Part shown: in pieces, positions 27,945-32,000 of the stretch
Layout: each line of letters opens with the position of its first letter
Numbering within the stretch: position 1 is the stretch's first letter
Assembly (NCBI RefSeq): GCF_000299365.1
Contig: NC_018655.1
Span: 960,001 to 992,000, forward strand
Direction: 5' to 3'
DNA: 32,000 nucleotides
Source of the DNA: Candidatus Nitrosopumilus koreensis AR1
Lineage (GTDB): Archaea; Thermoproteota; Nitrososphaeria; Nitrososphaerales; Nitrosopumilaceae
Notes under the pieces: model-generated
Told to the model about the DNA's origin: nothing
Seen by the model: the letters and a program-made list of their open reading frames with translations, nothing else
Database searches by the model: none
Program-made: the position numbers and the translations under genes

Positions 27945-28742
27945 TCAAGACGTTTTTGGATGGTTCCTGGAGATTGTTTTTGCCTTTTTCCAATAATGCT
28001 CAAAGAAATCCAGACACCAATCTTGAAAAGATGAGCTCTTACCATAAAACATATGTCGCAAATCAGGTTCGTCATTATTGGGAAAAACTATTGCAGCCTC
28101 TTTTTCGCTGACAATTAAGATAAATCCGGTGTTGTTTACCTCCTTTCGCAGAATTTTTCCATTTTGAATCAAATCATAATATCCAATTTTTTGCAAATGT
28201 CCATCTCTGTCAGAGTATTCTTCAAAATCACTACTGAAAATATGTCTATACTTTACGCCTTTTTTGACACGGCCAACCAAAACATCATCCAGTCCTGCAG
28301 GATATTCACTGGTGACATCGCATACAAATTCTGAAGCATTGTTTAAAATTTTCTTCCACGTGTCAATGACATTGGTGACCCCCCTAACATGAGTACACGT
28401 TTCAAGAACGCCTAATCTACGGCTAAATTTCTTGGGCAGAGAGTCAAGATCATGAGTTGAAAAATATTTTTGGTTCTTTGAAATAAAAAGTACCAAAGGC
28501 ATCTGGCTAAGTACAAGTCTTCCAATAGAAGTTATACGGAAATGTTCATCTGTACCCTTTTTTACAAATCCTGATTTTGACAACCTATCCATATTTCTGT
28601 GAATTTCTTGAGGAGTTAGTTCCATTTTTTTAGCAAGTACTGAGAGTCGATAGGGTTTTGAAGACAGATTATCTAAAATTTTCAAACGTTGTTCGCTTGC
28701 CAGTTCTAAAAATTGTGATGCCACAATTTCGAACTTATCCAT
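27945..28742 (-). CDS. winged-helix regulator with FilR1/DUF1724-like domain, paralogue of 17243..18055
   Basis: FLELASEQRLKILDNLSSKPYRLSVLAKKMELTPQEIHRNMDRLSKSGFVKK; LIVSEKEAAIVFPNNDEPDLRHMFYGKSSSFQDWCLDFFEHYW. Confidence 0.88.
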   Translation of the reverse strand: MDKFEIVASQFLELASEQRLKILDNLSSKPYRLSVLAKKMELTPQEIHRNMDRLSKSGFVKKGTDEHFRITSIGRLVLSQMPLVLFISKNQKYFSTHDLDSLPKKFSRRLGVLETCTHVRGVTNVIDTWKKILNNASEFVCDVTSEYPAGLDDVLVGRVKKGVKYRHIFSSDFEEYSDRDGHLQKIGYYDLIQNGKILRKEVNNTGFILIVSEKEAAIVFPNNDEPDLRHMFYGKSSSFQDWCLDFFEHYWKKAKTISRNHPKTS

Positions 28743-28775
28743 AGCAATTTTGTATGTTTAATGTGATATATTATC

Positions 28776-28791
28776 TTTAAACAAATGTTAA
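28776..28791. promoter_or_regulatory. imperfect inverted repeat TTTAAACAAATGTTAA upstream of the second FilR1-like regulator
   Basis: Lies 34-49 nt upstream of the start at 28742; resembles the core of the 18251-18272 palindrome (AACA-n-TGTTAA). Confidence 0.3.
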
Positions 28792-28878
28792 GGAAAATAT
28801 TATTGAAATTCATGCCTGAGCTTAAATTCACAAAGATAGCTTAAGCGAACTTATGAGTTGAGATAATCAACATAATAC

Positions 28879-29259
28879 ATGCATGCAAAAGTTTCTTCAA
28901 AATTACTTGATGATACATGTAACATATTGTTAGCTAATAAAAAAATTCGATACATTGGTATTCTGGATAAAATGGGTAGTTTAGTATTTGAAAAACAAAA
29001 AGATGGAGTAGACCTGTCGCTGCCAGACAGCAAATCACGTTCTTTATACATAAAGTCGGTATTAGAAATTTTGTTAAAGAAAGACTTTGATGAACAAATG
29101 GGCCTTTTGAAATACAATGTCAGTCACAGATCAAAAATAGATGTGATAACTATTCCCATCTTCAACAACATCGTGATGATTACTTTGGAACCAAACGAAA
29201 ATTGCGATTTAATTGCAAATAGCGCTATAATGATTTTTGAAAAAATATTTATGAAATAA
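28879..29259 (+). CDS. DUF6659-like small protein, 126 aa, paralogue of 10175..10567
   Basis: KIRYIGILDKMGSLVFEKQKDGVDLSLPDSKSRSLYIKSVLE...NIVMITLEPNENCDLI. Confidence 0.7.
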   Translation: MHAKVSSKLLDDTCNILLANKKIRYIGILDKMGSLVFEKQKDGVDLSLPDSKSRSLYIKSVLEILLKKDFDEQMGLLKYNVSHRSKIDVITIPIFNNIVMITLEPNENCDLIANSAIMIFEKIFMK

Positions 29260-29327
29260 TTTTACGTGTTTTATTCAAAATCATGTAATAGTTATTTTAG
29301 GTAAATCATCTACGACAATACGTTTTC

Positions 29328-29486
29328 TTAATGCAACAAATCATCTAGTTTTCCTTTTTTGGCCATATCAAAAACAAAAGATTCTACTTTAGTTATGCCA
29401 CATCTTGGAAATTTTTTTACATGCCGATTTTTTTCCACTATTATCTCATCATCTAGAACATAGACGTTGACTTTTGAATCAAACAT
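29328..29486 (-). CDS. hypothetical 52-aa protein
   Basis: ATG ORF MFDSKVNVYVLDDEIIVEKNRHVKKFPRCGITKVESFVFDMAKKGKLDDLLH; hand-translated; starts 2 nt before the 3' end of the co-oriented AsnC-like CDS. Confidence 0.4.
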   Translation of the reverse strand: MFDSKVNVYVLDDEIIVEKNRHVKKFPRCGITKVESFVFDMAKKGKLDDLLH

Positions 29487-29487
29487 T

Positions 29488-29733
29488 TTACGAAGTTACT
29501 AAAAGTGGGGCAGTACGCAGTGGAAGAATACTTCGAACATCATCCAAAGGCCTGATGCTAGAAATTACAAGACGAGATACATCCTCAGAAGGCATTTTCT
29601 CAGTTTTAACTATGCAATCAAATGCGCCATGTACAGGCACTGCTTCTTTGACTCCAGACAATTCCTGAAGCGTATTTGCCACATCTACATTCTTAGTAGG
29701 AGTGCATGAAATTAACAAATAAGTAAAATCCAT
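29488..29733 (-). CDS. stand-alone Lrp/AsnC ligand-binding (RAM) domain protein
   Basis: TYLLISCTPTKNVDVANTLQELSGVKEAVPVHGAFDCIVKTEKMPSEDVSRLVISSIRPLDDVRSILPLRTAPLLV; no HTH. Confidence 0.8.
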   Translation of the reverse strand: MDFTYLLISCTPTKNVDVANTLQELSGVKEAVPVHGAFDCIVKTEKMPSEDVSRLVISSIRPLDDVRSILPLRTAPLLVTS

Positions 29734-29839
29734 CAAATAGATTAAGGTGCAATTACTATTATCATTTCATAAGCTGATTTGCTTAATTTCAATTAGATTG
29801 TTGATGACTGAATATAGCGCATGCAAGTGCAATTATCAT

Positions 29840-30838
29840 ATGGCAAAAATCGTGATTTGGAAGAATATGAAAGAAAGCGATTGGAGAAATGGAGAATTGG
29901 CAGAAAAAACTATTCTTGAAACAGAACTAAGGCATTGTTTAGCAGACAGCCACAAATCTCCAGTTACAGATGTCAATGCAGGAGAGATTATTTGCAGTGA
30001 TTGTGGTATTGTACTAGAAGAGAGAGCAGTAGACAGGAATAACGATTCAAAAACTTTCACCAAAGAAGACTATTTGAATACGGCACGAAATGGCCCTCCA
30101 ACAAAAATTTCCATATCAGACATGTCAAGTTCGTCTATCATATCCAAGAAAAATTTTGATGCAGTTGGAAAGAAAATGCATTCAAATAACATAAGACATT
30201 TTTCCAGAATGCGATTTTGGGATTCAAGAAGTAAAAGCAACAACAAAGAACAGAATCTAGTAAAAGCATTTACCGTTTTGGATGCATATTCAAACAAGCT
30301 AAACATGCCAGAAAATGCAAAAGAGCATGCAGCATACATCTATAGAAAAGCAGTAGACAAAAAGATCATCAGAGGCAATTCAATTCCATCCATGATGGCA
30401 GCATCAGTCTATGCATCATGCAAACAATTAGGAATTCCCAGAAGCGTTGACGAAATATCAAAAATCACAAACATCAACAGAAAAAAACTTTTAAGATCAT
30501 ACAAGAGACTAGTCAAAAAACTAGAGATCAAAGTAGACTCTACAGGAATAAATTATGTTTCCAAGATATCAAGTTCGTTATCAGTTAGTGAAAAGACTTC
30601 AAGATTAGCAAACAAGATTCTTCACGACGCAAAACAAGAAAAAATCCACGTAGGAAAAAACCCAATTGGGGTTACAGCAGCGTCAATCTATCTTTCTGCA
30701 ATAAACCATGGAGAACATGTTCCAATAGCAAGAATTGCCAGGAAGACCAACATAAGCACAGTCACAATTCGTAAAATTATAAAGATGTTGAGGCCTTTTG
30801 CTGCAAAATACATCAAAAGCATAGACATCGGAGCATAA
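29840..30838 (+). CDS. tfb: transcription initiation factor B (TFIIB/TFB)
   Basis: GEIICSDCGIVLEERAVDR, then two cyclin-like repeats (AAYIYRKAVDKKIIRGNSIPSMMAASVYASCKQLGIPRSVDEI; PIGVTAASIYLSAINHGEHVPIARIARKTNISTVTIRKI). True start likely MAKIV (29840) or MKESDW (29867), not 29747. Confidence 0.9.
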   Translation: MAKIVIWKNMKESDWRNGELAEKTILETELRHCLADSHKSPVTDVNAGEIICSDCGIVLEERAVDRNNDSKTFTKEDYLNTARNGPPTKISISDMSSSSIISKKNFDAVGKKMHSNNIRHFSRMRFWDSRSKSNNKEQNLVKAFTVLDAYSNKLNMPENAKEHAAYIYRKAVDKKIIRGNSIPSMMAASVYASCKQLGIPRSVDEISKITNINRKKLLRSYKRLVKKLEIKVDSTGINYVSKISSSLSVSEKTSRLANKILHDAKQEKIHVGKNPIGVTAASIYLSAINHGEHVPIARIARKTNISTVTIRKIIKMLRPFAAKYIKSIDIGA

Positions 30839-30860
30839 AAAAAATCATCATTGTTTTGAT

Positions 30861-31061
30861 ATGGAAATAAACTCCAACATTTCAAATAATGCCAAAGTAA
30901 ACATTATTGTTTTTGCAATATTTGGATTTTTACTTGTTTCAGGAATAACTGTCATTAATTTTATGGGTATTTTTTCAGAAAACTGGTTTATTGGTTTAGG
31001 ATTACTTTTGACAAGTATTGCAACTATTGCCGTATTCATAGTTATCAAATTAAAAAAATAA
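30861..31061 (+). CDS. small two-TM membrane protein, 66 aa
   Basis: VNIIVFAIFGFLLVSGITVI and WFIGLGLLLTSIATIAVFIVI. Confidence 0.6.
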   Translation: MEINSNISNNAKVNIIVFAIFGFLLVSGITVINFMGIFSENWFIGLGLLLTSIATIAVFIVIKLKK

Positions 31062-31083
31062 AAATGGTTTGAGTACAGATACT

Positions 31084-32000
31084 TTAATCATACAGAGATT
31101 TAGGTTCTAGCATAGAATTCAAAATATGTCTAGCCTTGTTTTCTTCCCAAATCAACTTGTATTTGATATCTAGTCTGTCTAGCTTGTTTGAATTGGTATT
31201 TGCATAGTCGTAACTTTTTGCATCTTCCAAGTCTGTAAACTCTTCAGTACATGCAGGACACAACTCTAGCAATTGGGCAATTGCATCATTTGCTTTGTCT
31301 GTTTTATAATTTCCAAACTCTGAATGCGTTCTTGTAAACACATCAGTGGCCTCATCCTGTACCCTTTCTTGCTTGATGTAGTCTTTGCTCCATGTTCCAT
31401 ATTGGAATGTCCATGTATCTCCAAACTCATCTACTGCTGTAGTCTTGCTTGTTTCAGTCAGGTGGTATATGTGCCCCTTGTTTATTCCGTCATATTCCTT
31501 TGGAGGGTTTAGAGATTCTCCTGCCACCTCGATTCCGTGATTGTAATAGTTTTGCCATGAGCTGCGTTTAGTGTCCCATACATCTGTTCCAACAATGTTA
31601 AAGTCCAATGGTGCTCTGAACATATGCTGGATTGACACCTTCAAGCACTCGTTAGTGGAGTGCTCCATGCATGATACCTTGCTTGTAGTGACTTTGATGT
31701 TATCTAGTGCATTTTCAGGATCAGTCACTGTAACTGTCTCTGTTCCATCAAAATCAATGTCTAGTTCAATCTTTGCCTTGCTTTGTGAGATTATCTCTCC
31801 TTCAGCCATGCCAAATGCAAACGTAAAGTGCCTGATGTTGTGCACCCCAGTATTTTCATAGATCTTAAACTCTGCAACGTTTGTCTTTCCAATATCAGCT
31901 GTGATTAGCGGGTATGGTGTGAAATACCTCTCAACGTCAACTGTGTATCCGTTGTATGAGAAGCCACCGGTCACCTGACGCTTTCCACTAGAGTCAATTC
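31084..32000 (-). CDS. large probable extracellular/surface protein, N-terminus beyond the window edge (partial)
   Basis: Frame continues upstream of the track start (IDSSGKRQVTGGFSYNGYTVDVERYFTPYP...) to the window edge without a stop; beta-rich, C-terminus ...LNSMLEPKSLYD. Confidence 0.75.
   Translation of the reverse strand, partial: IDSSGKRQVTGGFSYNGYTVDVERYFTPYPLITADIGKTNVAEFKIYENTGVHNIRHFTFAFGMAEGEIISQSKAKIELDIDFDGTETVTVTDPENALDNIKVTTSKVSCMEHSTNECLKVSIQHMFRAPLDFNIVGTDVWDTKRSSWQNYYNHGIEVAGESLNPPKEYDGINKGHIYHLTETSKTTAVDEFGDTWTFQYGTWSKDYIKQERVQDEATDVFTRTHSEFGNYKTDKANDAIAQLLELCPACTEEFTDLEDAKSYDYANTNSNKLDRLDIKYKLIWEENKARHILNSMLEPKSLYD

Noticed and set aside
29474-29668. Plus-strand ORF 29474..29668
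   Set aside because: Antisense to the AsnC ligand-binding domain gene, which has clear family features.
1-32000. tRNA, rRNA, CRISPR arrays or transposases
   Set aside because: Read through all intergenic regions; no GGTTCGAAT-like T-loop with matching acceptor arms, no regularly spaced repeats and no transposase/integrase motifs were seen. A tRNAscan-SE/Infernal run would be needed to exclude intron-containing tRNAs.

Overview
This 32 kb window looks like a chromosomal segment of an ammonia-oxidising thaumarchaeon (Nitrosopumilus-like). The assignment rests on TFB, EF-1alpha, RpoP, the archaeal tRNA splicing endonuclease, ATP-dependent DNA ligase, and low GC. Housekeeping content: 3-hydroxyacyl-CoA dehydrogenase, rpoP, rpsJ, a 5'-truncated EF-1alpha gene, bifunctional FBP aldolase/phosphatase, DNA ligase, DUF47/PhoU-like protein, endA, a tandem-SDR plus hot-dog pair, fatty-acid-desaturase-like protein, a ThDP enzyme, UspA, a CBS-containing Na+/H+ antiporter, a stand-alone AsnC ligand-binding domain protein and TFB. 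The most unusual stretch is about 13.4-21.1 kb. It holds a 926-aa coiled-coil/multi-TM protein with a near-perfect 108-bp internal duplication, a FilR1-like winged-helix regulator (paralogue at 27.9 kb), two divergent class III nucleotide cyclase-like proteins flanking a TPR protein, and a 22-bp palindrome in the regulator/cyclase intergenic region. Other anomalies: EF-1alpha has lost its P-loop/switch region, a likely 1-nt frameshift separates a SHOCT-like C-terminus from its gene, and there are several zinc-finger microproteins missed by the ORF track (one lacks a canonical start codon). I saw no CRISPR array, rRNA, tRNA or transposase. All family calls come from reading motifs by eye; no database search was run.
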